The position numbers were made by a program, and so were the translations under genes. A DNA stretch of 64,000 nt from the human T2T-CHM13v2.0 reference genome, Homo sapiens, in NCBI RefSeq assembly GCF_009914755.1, contig NC_060947.1; one strand, given 5' to 3'. Positions 26,954 through 41,934 of the stretch are shown one piece after another. A model generated the notes under the pieces. It did not search any database and was not told the DNA's origin. It saw nothing but the letters and a program-made list of their open reading frames with translations. Position 1 is the stretch's first letter, and every line of letters starts with the position of its first letter.

Positions 26954-29589
26954 CCTGCTATATTCCAAAGCTGCTTAACTTTTAAATCTTGGATAGTCTC
27001 TAAAAAAAGCGGGATCTATTTTCTAAAGGATGTTTTAATTCAGAATCAGACCCATCAACTATAGTCTCAAGCCTGCAAACGGAACTCTCTAGCCCATTTT
27101 TCTCTGACAAGGCTTCCAACTAATAACATTTCACATCATTCCTGAGTTTCCATAGAGTTCAAGTATTTACAAAAGTCACACAACATGGTGAACGCAGGAG
27201 GAAGCTGCAGAGATGGTTCTAGACTTACAGAGAGGAGGCTATATGCAAACCCCTGTATGACTTGCAATGTCCCTTTGCCTCTCTGAGCCTCATTTATAAG
27301 ATTGTTTTGAGGATCAGATAGCATATCTTGAAATTATCTGGGCCAATATTTGAAAAATATTAGTTGAATGTAAATCTGAACATAGACTGACTCACAATCA
27401 TGAAGAAAGCATAATCCTTCTCTTTCTAAGAGGTAAGGAGCACTGAATTGGAAACATCCACTACTGCCTCGGCATAAATGGTCAAGTGGTCACTGAGGCA
27501 GCTAAAAAAATGCAGAGAAAATAGAAAATAAGCATCCCAAACACTAAGCTAGTTACAGACACAGGAAGATGTGAGGGAAAGCAGCCGCTTCTCCTAATTC
27601 AGAGAGAATTTCATTTTCTCCCTCAAGGTTTCATCTGCTCTCATCTCCCTGGTTTCTTGTGTTACCATCTGGAATGCCCCACTTCCTTGTTTTTTTTTTT
27701 AAAAAAAAAGGACTCAAACTTCCAAGTCTATAAAAATTATTCTTGCTCAATCCATTCCTTCTGTCGTGGTGTTTGAAGGAGCTTCAGAGTCATCTGACTT
27801 GGTTTCACTCTCCCCCTAAACCTGCCAGGGATGAGGACCAGTTGTTCCTAAAGTCCAGCCAGCCAGACAAGGTCACACGGCAAAATCCAAAAATATGTGC
27901 TTCCTTGTACTGGGGACTCTGGGTTCAAGTCTGCTACTGGAGTAGAGAACACACACTTGTACCTGAAGGATGCAGATCATAAGAACCTGGCTGTGAACTT
28001 GGTGAAACTGAGCATAGGGCCCCTTCAGTAAATTCTCCTATTGATCCCTACTCAACCTAGGACTACAAGTTGGACCTCCAGGGAGCTTTCCCAACCAAGA
28101 AAGAGATGCTTTGAAATCCTAAGTCTACCTGCTGATTTTATTTGTCATTACAATTAAATGACCTCTAATGTTGTTTTATTTTAAAAAAAGAATTGCTAAG
28201 TGTCACATAGAAGCAAAAAGTGACAACACAAAGTTACACTAAAACTATACACTTGTATAGTTCAAGTTTTGGCATTTGTTGGTCTAAATTCATAATTCCT
28301 ATATGATCATTAAGTTTGTAGCAGAAGCAGAATATTAGTTGACTATGGAACAGGAGTATAAGTGTGTGGTTTTCCTGGCAGACTCAGTCTACCATCTCTG
28401 AGTTTGAATCTTCTTTAACAAAAATCCTTTGCTACAGAAATACAAATAAGATCCCATTTAGTAAGGTCTTTACTCCTTTGTGACAATGGGTACCTTCAAA
28501 AGCAACTGGGAAACACTCCATGCCTTAAATACACGAATGTTTACCCTCGCTCAATTTGTCAATAAAGGCAATTCCATAAATGTGGACTGGATTTTTTTTT
28601 TTTAGCATTTACGTTGATTATTTCATTTGACCGTTTCAGCCCTCTAAGCTAGACATAGCATGTTTCCCCCATTGCATTAATGAAAATGGCTTGCTCATAA
28701 AATGCTTTCTCAACATCGCCTCATTTATTCTTCAGGGAGGGTATTACTCTATTGCCAACGAAGTCACTTAAGCACACAGAGTTTAAGTGGTTTGATCTCA
28801 TGATCTCATGAGACCCAGGTCTCTGCTCCTCAGTCCAGCACTCTTCTATTCTGCCACAACAGCTACCACCTGAAGGAGCTGCCCAAGAGCCAGCTGAAAA
28901 TCCCTAAGGAAACCAGGAGAAGAACCACAGGCTTCTGTCTCCTACCCGGTCAGGGCTCATGACCCACACTCACAACCAAACTTCAATTCAATCACAGAGA
29001 AGCCCATCTCTCTTTATTCCCACCACCTTGGCAATTCCAATGACAGTTACTGGTGCCCACCAAAGCACATGACCTGCAGCACCACAGACAACAACAGGAG
29101 GCCCACCTGACCCAGTCTCATAAAGAAGTTACTAAAGATCAGTCTCCCTCAAGAGGGCGGGAGACTCAACGAAAGAGGACCCAGTTGGATATTAATGGGT
29201 CTATCCATAGTTTGATTCCACCAGATGGTCCTAGAACTATCTAGGAATCTCTGGGGCTGGACCCTGGGTCCTAGAAATGACCACAACCTAACATGGGTGT
29301 CAGAATCAGAGCTTCACTCGAGGAGGACCTCATTAAGGGCTAGCTGACTTAGACAGACTCACTCCCATACTTTGTTAAGGGGTCTTCTCCTGGTCCACCA
29401 CAGCCCACTGTGATTCTGCAAGGTGAGAGCACCTTGACACCAGGCTTAGACATCTCCTTCCATCTGTCTCCCACGCAGGGTCTCAAGGCATCTTTGGGTT
29501 CACAGGACCACCTCAAAATCTCGATTTATACCAGGCTAACCCCCAGCGCCCAACCATCAACCAGCCCAGGCAAATACTACCTCACAGGT

Positions 29590-29820
29590 ACTGAGCATTT
29601 GCCATGCACCAGGCACCACTCCAGGCACTTTTCTTAGAGTCAGTATATTATTTACTCTTGATGTCATCCTGAAAGGTAAGTATAATCCCCAATTTACCAA
29701 TGAGGAAATTGAAGCTCAGGGAGAATAAGTATAGGCACTTGCCCAAAGCACATAGTTAGCAGAATAAACACATCAGCATTCTGCCCCTAAGCTCACGTTC
29801 ATTATCATTTTACCACGCAG
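29590..29820 (-). mobile_element. MIR
   Basis: ctgagcatttgccatgcaccaggcac, ccccaatttaccaatgaggaaattgaagctcag, cttgcccaa. Confidence 0.7.
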
Positions 29821-30262
29821 ACTCTTGGATCTTCTCCAATGCAGGGCCAGTCTCCAGGCATGGTCAGGACAGCATAAGTTCGTCATCATGAACACCGTCA
29901 TCCAACACCAATGCGTTACTCAGCGCAAGAGAAGTGGTTCCTTCCAACAAGGAATCACAGATCCATTGGATTCCAGAACTGACTCTCACTAGGGCTGAAA
30001 CATAAACTAAACAAATAGAACACCCCATGAGACGGGCCGGGGGTGAATGCCTGTGTCTGGCAGCCAGGGTGGTGGAGCCAGAGGAACAAAGGACTAGGTG
30101 GACTCATGCAGGGCTTTGAAGGCTGGGTGGAATATGATATGGGAAAATGGGGTGGGGGCATCTCCGTAGAGCTAGAGATGACTGCCCCTCAGTGGCTGGG
30201 AGGAGAGGGATAGGATCATTTGAGGAAGGGGAGGTTCTCCCCATTATGAAGACACCAGTTAG

Positions 30263-30772
30263 ACAGGGCTTCTTAGACTCCCTGGGCAGTCAGCTGAACC
30301 CTCCAGATCTCCTTTACAGAACAATGTTCTTAAATGCACGAAAAAATATACATAGCATTAGAAAGAAAACTAAATTGAAATACATCAAAATAAAAAACAA
30401 GTTTGAAATACATAATATATAATAAATATATGTAATCATTTAATTTTATATAAATGTAGAATACATATGTTCTGTTAATGCTAGTGGAGGTATAACATAC
30501 ACTTCCAAAGTAGTGATGAGTTTAATGATATTTTGAGATACCTGCAATAACTGTAATGGGATATGAAATTACCTTTGATTTCTATTAATGACCAAAGTCA
30601 CAAGTATTGCTAAGTCACTGGTTTGCTGCCTGTATTCGTAAGAGAACAAACGCTGTTTCAGTTAGAGGTTAGTGACAATACAGATAGATTTTTTTTCCTA
30701 TCCCAATCCCTCCTGAGTTCTATCCCCCACAGTCCTGTTGGAGGCATGTGGACTCACTTGTTTGGGAGCCCT
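30263..30772 (+). mobile_element. MER119 (hAT-Charlie)
   Basis: aagtagtgatgag, gatattttgagatacctgcaataactgtaatg, tttcagttagaggttagtga. Confidence 0.8.
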
Positions 30773-30782
30773 CTCTCCAGAT

Positions 30783-30946
30783 CAGGGGTTAGCAAACTAT
30801 AGCACAAATCAAATTATATCGACACAGAGCCCCACACCCATTCACTTCCGTATCATCTAGTGCTGCTTTTGTACTACGACAACACCGTTTACTTGCAACA
30901 GATATTCACTATCTGGCTCTTTGCAGACACAGTTTGCAGACCCCTA
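30783..30946 (+). mobile_element. MER58-like MITE (internally deleted)
   Basis: caggggttagcaaactat ... actatctggctctttgcag...agtttgcagacccct termini. Confidence 0.7.
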
Positions 30947-31216
30947 CGTTAGACAAACTAGGTGTGCTAGGAATTAAACCTCTGGGACCAGCTGGGGCTC
31001 AGGCCTGACACTCTCGGGGTATGTGTCCTGAAGAGTCCAAGCAGATCCTTAAGGTTTGACCAGGCAAGCAGTTTACACCACAACCATCCTCTAGGTGTCC
31101 TGAACTCTCTAAAACTTAAGGCTATACAATAAATTTATTTCTGGGATCAAGATAGAGTGAGGCTCAGAGCAGGCTTCCTCCAGTTCAGGCCCACATCTGC
31201 CTTCAAGAAAAATCAC

Positions 31217-31493
31217 GCCAGATGTGGTGGCTCGCACCTATAATCTCAGTACTTTGAGAGGCCAAGGCAGGAGGATTGCTTGAGCCCAGGAGTTTGAGAC
31301 CAGCCTGGGCAACATGGCGAGACCTCATCTCTACAATTAAAAAATTAGCCAGGCATGGTGGTGCACGCCTGTAGTCCCAGCTACTCGAGAGACTAAGGTA
31401 AGAGGATCGTTTGAGCCCAGGAGGTCAAGACTGCCGTGAGCTGTGATCATGCTACTGCACTTCAGACTGGGCAGCAGAGTGAGGCCCTGTCTC

Positions 31494-31530
<37 letters not shown>
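31217..31530 (+). mobile_element. AluJ
   Basis: J diagnostics; (GAAAA)n tail. Confidence 0.95.
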
Positions 31531-31801
31531 TTCAATTATTTGATGCTCAAAAAATCCAATTATTTGATGTTCAAAGATGTGCTATGGCCTCCAGCATACC
31601 AAATCATTCCATACTCAAATGTGGCTCTATGAAGAATTTTAGTTCTTCACACAGTTTCTTAAACTCAGTGGCTGACGTGGAATATTTCCTAAATACTATG
31701 ATAAAATTACCTTTCAGAGTGAGCTACCTTGTAAAATGCCAAACTCGCCCGTGGTGCTAAGAAACGCAATGATGTAAATATTGCACATACGTAGGCCATC
31801 T

Positions 31802-31885
31802 GTACAACATGAAGATGACCGCCTCCAAGAAGGAGTTTTCTAGTACAACATGAAGATGACCGCCTCCAAGAAGGAGTTTTCTAGT
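31802..31885. repeat. Perfect 41-bp tandem duplication
   Basis: gtacaacatgaagatgaccgcctccaagaaggagttttcta x2, followed by gt. Confidence 0.97.
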
Positions 31886-33664
31886 CCAGCCAACCATTCT
31901 GCCTCTTCCATGTTGCCTGGGTAATTCTGATTTTTTAGACCAGCAATATGTGTAATTAGCTATCATAAGAGCTTCCCACAAGATAGATCAAGGTTCTACT
32001 GCTGCCTGCCTTCCCAGTTTCCTAGCCTTGTACCACATGTACTTGTTATTCTACTGCCATAAGCTTAAAAACCCCTATTTGATCTTGGATGTGAGAAGAT
32101 TTGGTCTGAGCCAGTTATATCCTCCATTCGTGACACAATGGGATTAAAAAAAAAAACCCTCTGAATCCATCTTGATGCTGAATATTAAACAATAGTTCAG
32201 AATTGTAAAAAGAGGCAAGGGCTGTGTTAATTCAAGAGTCACTGGTCTCCTAAATCAATTTCATTTATACATTAATCCACCAGCTTCATAGACTTCATTT
32301 CATTTCTCCCCAAATAAAGAACATCTCGAAACCTTCAAAAACTTTAGAGAGATCAAATGTAAAGTGAAGGCTTCTTCTTTTGAGAATCTGAACAGCTGTT
32401 GTGGCCGAATTGTTTTTCTTCACCCCCTTTCACTGGGTTTTCTCTCCAGCAGCTGCTTTTGTTTTTTGTTCATGCACCTCCTCCCACTTCCCCTCCCCTA
32501 ACCAGTTACAAAGTTGGGGGCTAGGGAGCATGCTGAAATACAAAGCACTGCTTGTTACAAATTTGAGTAAGTCTGGGCTAATAGCCAAATTTAATTCTAA
32601 AGACCCATTTTGGAGGCTCAGCACTAAAATGGAATCCAGTATAGGTCTGGCTGTTTCTAGGACACCATGTCCCTATTGGGGGAAGGGGGTGGGGAGGATA
32701 GCTGAATTTGACTCTACTGGTCACTAAGTATTGGAGATTTGATACATTTTTTCTTTAACGGCTACCCATAGAGCTAGGCTGTTAAAAGATTATCAGTTTG
32801 AAATAATTGTGATTAGATGAAATTTTAAACTCAATGGATGTACTCTATATCACTCATGTTGTAACTCATATCTTTCAAACCACAACCTAACTAGACCTTA
32901 CCTTTCTAGACATAGAGCAAATATAGGATTTTTATGGGTTTTAAAAGAAATGTCTAGCCTATATGATCTTCATATTTTAGGCTCAAATTCATTAGAAATA
33001 TCTAGTACTTCAAAGAATTATTGGGAAGGAAAAATCACCCAAGTTCATAAACTCTTTTTAATGATCAGATATTCCCAAACTTGACTCCAAAGGACAATTT
33101 TCATAAGCTAATCTCAACAGATCCCTCTTTTACTAGTAAATTATGTGGTAGTTATGGGGCAAAATGCTCTTGTGTTCTCCGGTCATCTCCAGATTGATTC
33201 AGGAATGATGGTCATAAAAGCAAGACCACTAACTTTAGAATGATCTCAACTACACATAAATATGATGGAATAAATATACAAAATAGTCTCTATGCTTTTT
33301 CTGTTTCTGTGTCTCCTGGTAGTCCTACAGCACAATTACAGATTAATTAGGGTGTAAAGCTAATTATTTATCCTTTTGTGCTCTGTCAACTCTTAAGCGA
33401 CCACAAAAGCCCTATGGGGGATAATATCAAAGACAGCAACTGACATTGATTGGGTACTTCCCATGTACTGACACAGTGCCTAGCACATTCCCTACATCTT
33501 TTCATTTACTCTTTATGACAACCCAAGAGATGGTTTTTTGGTTGTAGAGACTGTGGCTTGGAAAAGCTAAATAATTTGCTAGTGAGGGGTAATACCAGGA
33601 TTTAAACCCAGGTTCGTCTGACTTTACAAATTACTCTTAACCATTTAAAGTTATAGTTAAATTC

Positions 33665-33952
<288 letters not shown>

Positions 33953-34374
33953 TTATAGATTCAAATCCAGGTTTGTTTAATGTTAAAATGGACTATTGAA
34001 GATTGCACTTCGTTCTTAAAATTGGCAGAAAAAAATGCTTCAAATAACACCTATTAATGTATTTTATTTCCAGAGGACTCTCTCAAGTCTTGATTTATAG
34101 CCTATTCACTTTTACTTTACACACAATTATAACAGCTTCTCCGCTTTATCAATTGCTACTGGTGGCACAACTCTGAAAATAGGGAGAAGTCATTACTGAG
34201 AGCACAAATGAGATTAAAGAGAGAAAATTATGGAAATTACATGTAAAAAGTCAAAAGCACAGCTATTTGAAACCACTTAATGTGTTGGCATAATTCCTCC
34301 CATCTCACTCTTATATTGTGATATGGCACATGAGTGGTATCTATTATCAAAGATACTTATAAAAAATACATTAA

Positions 34375-35035
34375 AACTTGGGGGAGGCAATGCATGTGTG
34401 AGGGCAGTGAGTATATAGGAAATCTCTGTACCTTGCTTTTAATTTTGCTGTGAACCTGAAACTATTCTGAAAACATTGTCTTAAAAAAAATTGATCAAAA
34501 CCTGCAGATGCCCCCCTTAACCAAATGATCAGGATTAATATCACCAGCAGTGAGATATATTGGCATCATGTGCCCCCTTATATGACACACTGCAAAGGGT
34601 ACAACATCCCATCTGTGGCATTTTTGCCTCAAATGTACAACCTTAATGTACTCATGAGAAAATGTCAGACAAATCCAAATTGAGGGACATGCTACAAAAT
34701 ACCTGACTCGTACTCTTCAAGAGTCAAAGTCGAAAGACAAGGAAAAACTTAGGAACTATCACAAGTTGGAGGAAACTAAGGAGATGGGACAACTCAATGC
34801 CATGTGAGATCCTGAATTGGATCCTGCCACAGCAAAGAGAAAAACTGGGGAAATCCAAGTAAATGCTATAGTTACTGGCATTTTATCAGTGTCAATTTCC
34901 CAGTTTTGACAGTTGTACTAAGATTATGTAAGTTGTTAAGGTTAGGGGAAGCTTGGTGAACGGTTTAACAGAAACTTTGTACTATTTTTATAACTTTTCT
35001 GTATCCAAAATTATTTCAAAATAAAGAAATTTTAA
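34375..35035 (+). mobile_element. Old L1 (L1MC-like) 3' sequence
   Basis: aatctctgtacctt, cagacaaatccaaattgagggacat, gatcctgaattggatcctg, aaaattatttcaaaataaa. Confidence 0.75.
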
Positions 35036-35310
35036 ATGGATCAAATTTGGTTCAGCATGCATATGGAGATACATATCTTAGAAACGTCTGCCTCAGAAAT
35101 ACTTAACACAAAAACATTTTCGTTCTTCATGTGAGGGCTAAACTTCAGATTTACTGAACACAAAGCTAGCACACAAATATTTGTTGGAAAATGAACAAAA
35201 AAATATTATATTCCCACTTAAGCCAAGTACTACATTGGCAATAACATTTTTAACCTTTAAAGCATTTTTAGATTTACAGAATTATTGCAAAGATGGTACA
35301 GAGGGTTCCC

Positions 35311-35380
35311 ACATACCTCACACCCAGTCTGCCCTATTGTTCATAACATACCTCACATCTAATCTGCCCTATTGTTCATA
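35311..35380. repeat. Imperfect 35-bp tandem duplication in an L1 remnant
   Basis: acatacctcacacccagtctgccctattgttcata / acatacctcacatctaatctgccctattgttcata. Confidence 0.9.
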
Positions 35381-35382
35381 TC

Positions 35383-35690
35383 CTTTTTTTTTTTTTTTTT
35401 TTTTTGGAGACAGTCTCACTCTGTTGCCCAGGCTGGAGTGCAGTGGCATGATCTTAACTCACTACAACCTCCATCTCCCAGGTTCAAGTGATTCTTGTGC
35501 CTCTGCCTCCTGAGTAGCTGGGATTACAGGTGTGCACCACCATACCCAGCTAATTTTTGTATTTTTAGTAGAGAGAGGGCTTCACCATGTTGGCAAGGCT
35601 GGTCTCAAACTCCTGTCCTCAAGTAATCCGCCTGCCCACCTAGGCCTCCCAAAGTGCTGGGATTACAGGTGTGAGCCACCGTGCTCAGCC
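35383..35690 (-). mobile_element. AluS
   Basis: Reverse Alu with poly(T); TSD tattgtt(c/a)atatc. Confidence 0.95.
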
Positions 35691-36476
35691 ATATTGTTAA
35701 TATCTTACATTAGTATGGTATATTTGAACAATGAAGATGCTCCATGCCAGATATTTCAATTTATGTCGTTGCTGATGCCACAGGCTCTTCAGACAGGCTT
35801 ATTACAAGGATGATGACGAAGATCAACATGATGCTAATCATGCCCTTATTATTTATAATCATGGTACTGACTATGGGCCAGGTATTATAGTCACAGTTTT
35901 CATAAATCATCTCATTTAATTATCATAATAATGAAATTAAGTGGGTGCCTTTTCTTATTCCCACTAAATAGAAGAGGAGGCCGAAGCTCAGAAAGGTTAA
36001 GGAACATGCTCCAGATCCCCCAGGAGGAAACAGTAAAGCCAGATTCAAACACAGGACTGGTTTCTAAGTATACACTCTTAACTACTGCAGCTGTCAGTCA
36101 ACCAAAACTTCCATGCAGCTGTTGAGCTAAGCTTTCTGTATCCTATACCTGCTCAGTTGGTTTTATTTAAAGTAACTAAAAGGTTTGCCTTCCCCTTAGA
36201 TTCACTCATCTTTCCCTCCTACCCGTCAATAAGGCCTTTGGCACCTGTAACCTAACAGCTAGTCTCCCCTTTCAGGTGAACCGCGTTATCCATGGGTCTG
36301 ATCAGTATACTTTGCACTGATTCCTATTACTGATAAAACTGTGGAACTGGACAAGACCCGGAGAAAAGCCACCAGCTACCTCCACCCTGGAGGGTGGTGT
36401 GGCTCCCCCTTAACCGGCAATGTTTGGGCCATATTTCAAAAAGTATCCTTTCCATATCACTCAGTGCAGGCCATCC

Positions 36477-36650
36477 TAGCACTTCTCAACCCTGGCTGCA
36501 CATCAGAATCATTTGGGAAGCTTTTAAAAATCCCCAAGCCCAGTCAGCACCCTGCACAATTACATCAGAACCTCTGTGAGTGGGGCCAGGCATCGGCATT
36601 TTTAAAGCTCTCTAGGTGACTCCACTGTACAGTCAGGGTGAGAGCCACTG
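36477..36650. mobile_element. MER5-family MITE
   Basis: cttctcaaccctggctgcacatcagaatca, catttttaaagctc, gagagccactg. Confidence 0.8.
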
Positions 36651-37649
36651 GGCGAATGCACATTTCCCCTCATCCAAAAAGAAGTCCAAAAGGAAGACCG
36701 TTGATGACTATGTCAAACACGGTGGACTCTGAGTACTGTATCTTGGCATTAGCCTCATCAAGTTAAACCACCCCACTGAAAACGGATGCAGGCCGCCTGT
36801 GCGGTATGACAAAACCTTTCTAAACAAGACACTGGCCCTTGTGATTTACTTCGTCCTACAATCTAAGGAATTGGAGAGAGAGGAACACAAATAACAGTGA
36901 AGGGAGAGTCTGCTCTTCTGCTCTAGAATTTCTCAGCATCGACGTCAAGCTTGTTAATATCTTTGGAGAAGAACCAATTATACAGGTGGATTAAAGAACA
37001 GACCATGAGTATGCCATTCTAAATTGTAAGTAATTTACTTTCTAAAGGGGATTAATTTATGCAGGACAACTAAGCATTAAGAAGCTACCATGTGGCACAT
37101 TTACATTCCTATATAACATGTTACAAGGAGGTTCAAAGACCCAGAAAGTAACGGCAAACTGAAAACAGCATTTGTAACAAAAGCTTTTGATAGCACCTTA
37201 TACTCTTCAATGGATGATATACATAATAGTTAAAACACTATTTTCCATGGGCCAGGAATTGTTCTATGCACTTCACATGTATGAAACTATTTAACACTCA
37301 ATCATGCAAAGGAGGTATTTTATTGCTCCAGTTTTTCAGATCAGAAAATCAAGGCCCAGACATTAATTTAGAAGTAACTGGTATTTTAAATCTGGCAGTC
37401 TGACTCCAAAGTCCACTCTCTAAACCATAAAATGATACTAGTATATCCGATCTTCATGTTAGCATTGCAATATAAATATACAAAAGTATACAGAAGTCAC
37501 TGCAGTACTGATGTGTGCACTGAGGCCTAGAGTGGTTCAGATATATGGTCACAGAACTTTTAAGGGCCCAAATTAGAATAGAGTCATCTCTTAACTTCCA
37601 TCTCAAACCTCCTCCTTGCTATACCATAATTCTTTCTTAGGTGGCTACA

Positions 37650-37845
37650 GACAAATGCTGTCCAGCAAGGAAATTTTGGTGATGATGGAAATATACTGTA
37701 TTTTGTCGTCCAACATAGTAGTCTCAAGCCACATGCCACCACTGAAGATTTTAAATGTAGTTACTGCGGTTAAAGAACTGAGTTTAACTTAATTGTAACT
37801 AATTTCAATTTAAACAGCTAGTGACCATCATATTGGAAAGGCAGC
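37650..37845. mobile_element. MER3
   Basis: gctgtcca, tgatgatggaaatat, gtccaacatagtag...agccacatg, tattggaaaggcag. Confidence 0.75.
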
Positions 37846-39400
37846 TACACAGACCATGAAAGGTCTATCAATTTTGGCCTTTACAATTACTTTTCAAACT
37901 AAATTTACTTCTAAAACTAGGCTCTGTTTCCACGATCATGTAACAGCTCATCAGTCTGTCTCAAGCCCTCCTGAAATAAAATAACACACCAAGAGGTTTA
38001 CATAATACAAGCTTGAGCTCTGTGATCTTATTGGGTATTTGCCTGGCAAACTAACTGCAGCAGGCTCTGCTATAAGCTGGAATATGTGACTCACAAAATG
38101 GAGCTAAGTCAATAAAAATATTTCCCAAAGAAAAACTGTTACACATTTCCCTTCACACTGAGGATGTAGTTTGCTACAAAAGTGTTGGAAAACATTTCAA
38201 GGTAAGGCAAATGTGAACTCCACTCACCAATAACCAATCTCCTGGCTGACCTGAAATACTGTCACAAATTTGTGACATTTAAGACATTATTACCACCAGA
38301 CGCCCTTCCCCAGGCTCCAACCACATAGGGCGTTATTTCCTTTGTCCTACCACTATTTTCTTTTCATAGAACAGAAAACTGAGGCCAAGACAAAGGTGAA
38401 CAAACTTACCAAATCTATAGTGAATAGGCTTAATCTATAGTGAATCCAAGAATAAAATCCAAAATATTAACTTCTATTTCTAAAATTCAATTCCAAAAAC
38501 ACTGCTAAAGAAAGTACAATTTTTGTGTAGTTTCTCTACGGATGTATATTCCACTGCTGCAAAATCTCTATAGTTCAGACAGCCAAGAGATGCTGAACCA
38601 ATAAAAGATGAAATTGTTGTTACTGTTTAAAGCACTTCGTACACAGAATGCTTTAATAGCATCTAAAACCCAACTGCAGAAACTTGCTTTAACACCCCAA
38701 ATCATCTGACCTCCTCCATTACTTTTGTTCTTTATGATTTTGATGTTAATATGAGGTTTGTGCCTAGAATAATTTGGTAAAAGACTAGGGAACAAGATGC
38801 TTTTGAAGCAATCCTTTTGATAGATACAACTGGAAAAAGGTCAGTATTTTTTCAAATTTGAAAAAAAAATTAAAATGTTAATCTAAATAGAGAGCCAATA
38901 ATGTGAAGGCAAAAGAGAGAACTGCTCAGGCAATGAAAGAAATAGTTGGGGCACTTAGCTTAGGGAGGGCAGGAATTCCTACTTTTCCTCAGTGGAAGGT
39001 TGGAACATTGTAAGAAACTGTCACTTCATTTTACAAGTGCCACTAGGATAATCATCGCCTTCTGCACTTGATACAATCTTGGCTATTTAAAAATGACTCC
39101 CCATATGGTTACTATAGGAAGAAAATTACAAATTTCCAGTTTGTTTATTTTGTTTCCGTATCTTGGCCTGAAGAAAACTCCACTTGACATCTGCAAAATC
39201 ACTGAATCCATCTTATGTCAGTGTGAGGAAAATACAGCATATACTTTAGTTACCTTTTATTTAGATGAAAAGTATTAAATATTTGTAATCAAAAGTTTGT
39301 GTAGCTGAGAGCCATATGCTTATAATTAGAACATAGGAAGATATTAGATATTACCTTGAATAAACAGTTCAAGACAATTATAGCACGTCCCAGTCTTCCC

Positions 39401-39713
39401 TGTCTGTCTGTCTGTCTATCTATCTATCTGAGACAGGATCTCACTTTGTTGCCCAGGCTGCAGTGCAGTGTCACAACCTTGGTTCACTGCAGCCTCGACC
39501 TCCTGGGCTCAAGTGATCCTCCCACTTTAGCCTCCTGAGCAGCTGGGACCACAGGCATGCACCACCATGCCTGGCTAATTTTCGTATTTTTTTTTTGTAG
39601 AGGCAGGATGTCACCATCTTGCCCAGGCTGGTCGAACTCCTGGGCTCAAGCAATCTGCCCACCTCAGCCTCCCAAAGTGCTGGGACTGCAGGCGTAAGCC
39701 ACCATGCCCAGCC
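39401..39713 (-). mobile_element. AluJ with a (TCTG)/(TCTA) microsatellite tail
   Basis: Reverse Alu with J diagnostics. Confidence 0.93.
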
Positions 39714-39997
39714 TCCATTCTTTTTAGATCACTACACTGCACCTGACCTTGAGGTAGGGTTAGGCCTCAGTGTTCAATGTAACTTCAAACTAGCATAATC
39801 TCATATTATGAAATATATCCTTTCTCAATTTACACTGGTCAAAACATGAATCAAAAGCAGAGGGTGAACCAACTTCAAATGCTAACCATAAACAGTTGGG
39901 TATCTTCTTGTTCTGTCTTGTTCGGTTTTAATTTTGGAGCATTTCACAAAATAACAAAATTTATACTCAACATGCTTTCATACTCTCAACTATGTGA

Positions 39998-40312
<315 letters not shown>

Positions 40313-40514
40313 TCATCATGGATTTCTTAATAGTTATACCATAAGCTACATGGGTCTTTCAAAGTTTTACATTTGCAATGTTAATGTGGAACATTAATTG
40401 CCAGTGTATCATTATTCTGAAAGAAAAATCAAATTATTCTAACATCTGAGATTTTTAAAAAATCTGAAGGTTCATGTGATATGTTTTTACTAGTTTTACT
40501 TTTTTTATACATAA

Positions 40515-40975
40515 GTATGGCAGATGCTCTTCACTGTTTTCCAATATCTACTCCCCCATCTTCTATGGTAATAATATTTTTAGCTGGCTGCCCAGCTAAA
40601 GATTACATTTTCCAGAGTCTTTTGAAGCTAGGTGTGATTCTATGACCAAGTTCCGGCTACTGGGATGTGAAAAGTGACAGATGCAACGTCCACAGAATGG
40701 CCTTTAAAGAGAAGGGCCTGAACTCCCTTTTCTTCTTCCTATGAGCAGGGATGTGAAGGTGATTGCAGGAACTGCAGCAGCTGTCTTAGATCATGAAATG
40801 GAAGCCAAGTGTTGAGTATGATAGAATAAGACAGAGCCTAGGTCTCTGACCCCTTTGGGGAGGAGTGTCCCTGTGCCAGCTTGGACTTCCACATCAGAGG
40901 TATGGAAACTTCTGGCATGCTGAATAACATTTTGGGGGGTTCTATTAGAGCAAACAAATCTATATTGTAGCTAAC
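40515..40975 (+). mobile_element. Old MaLR LTR (MLT1J/K-like)
   Basis: gcccagctaaagattacattt, gctaggtgtg...tgaccaagttc, gcagcagctgtcttagatcatga. Confidence 0.65.
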
Positions 40976-41176
40976 AGAGTATAATGAAGTAATGAAATTA
41001 GGTGTGTTTTATTAATAATTACAAAAGCATCCATACAGCAAACTGTTCTTTCAAGCCACCTGGCAGCCAAAGATGCTCCCACTCTTCCTTTGGAAGTGCC
41101 TCCAGAGAGGATCAACAATTTACATTATTTTTACTGAATCCTAAAATGACAGACCTCTGGGGTGTCATCCACCTTA

Positions 41177-41553
<377 letters not shown>

Positions 41554-41934
41554 GGTGTGCCTGTGCCATCATTGGTACCATTTTAAAATGAGCCACAAGT
41601 TCCCCTATTCTCTCTCCTGTACTGGCTGATGAAAACAGGTAGGAAAAATGGCATTCTCCATTCTCTCTCTCTCTCAGCAGGTCCCTTTGTGGTTATGAAC
41701 ACCAACACCCAACAAACCAAATCAATCATGCCTTTAAATGACACTGACTGCACCCCCTCCATCAGGAGGAGGTGAGAAACACAGCTGGAGCCAGAATTCT
41801 TGGGCTTAAATACTGGCCTTGCCACTCCCTAGCCATGTGACCTCGGTTGTCACATCTGTGATACAATGAGGATTACATTAGTTGATTCAGGTGAAACAGG
41901 ACTTACACATAGTAAGGACTCAGTAAATTTTTTT

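Noticed and set aside
29219-29231. CTCF-like CCACCAGATGGTC
   Set aside because: Single imperfect motif, expected by chance in 64 kb
31802-31885. CRISPR-like direct repeat
   Set aside because: Only two abutting units, no spacers, eukaryotic context
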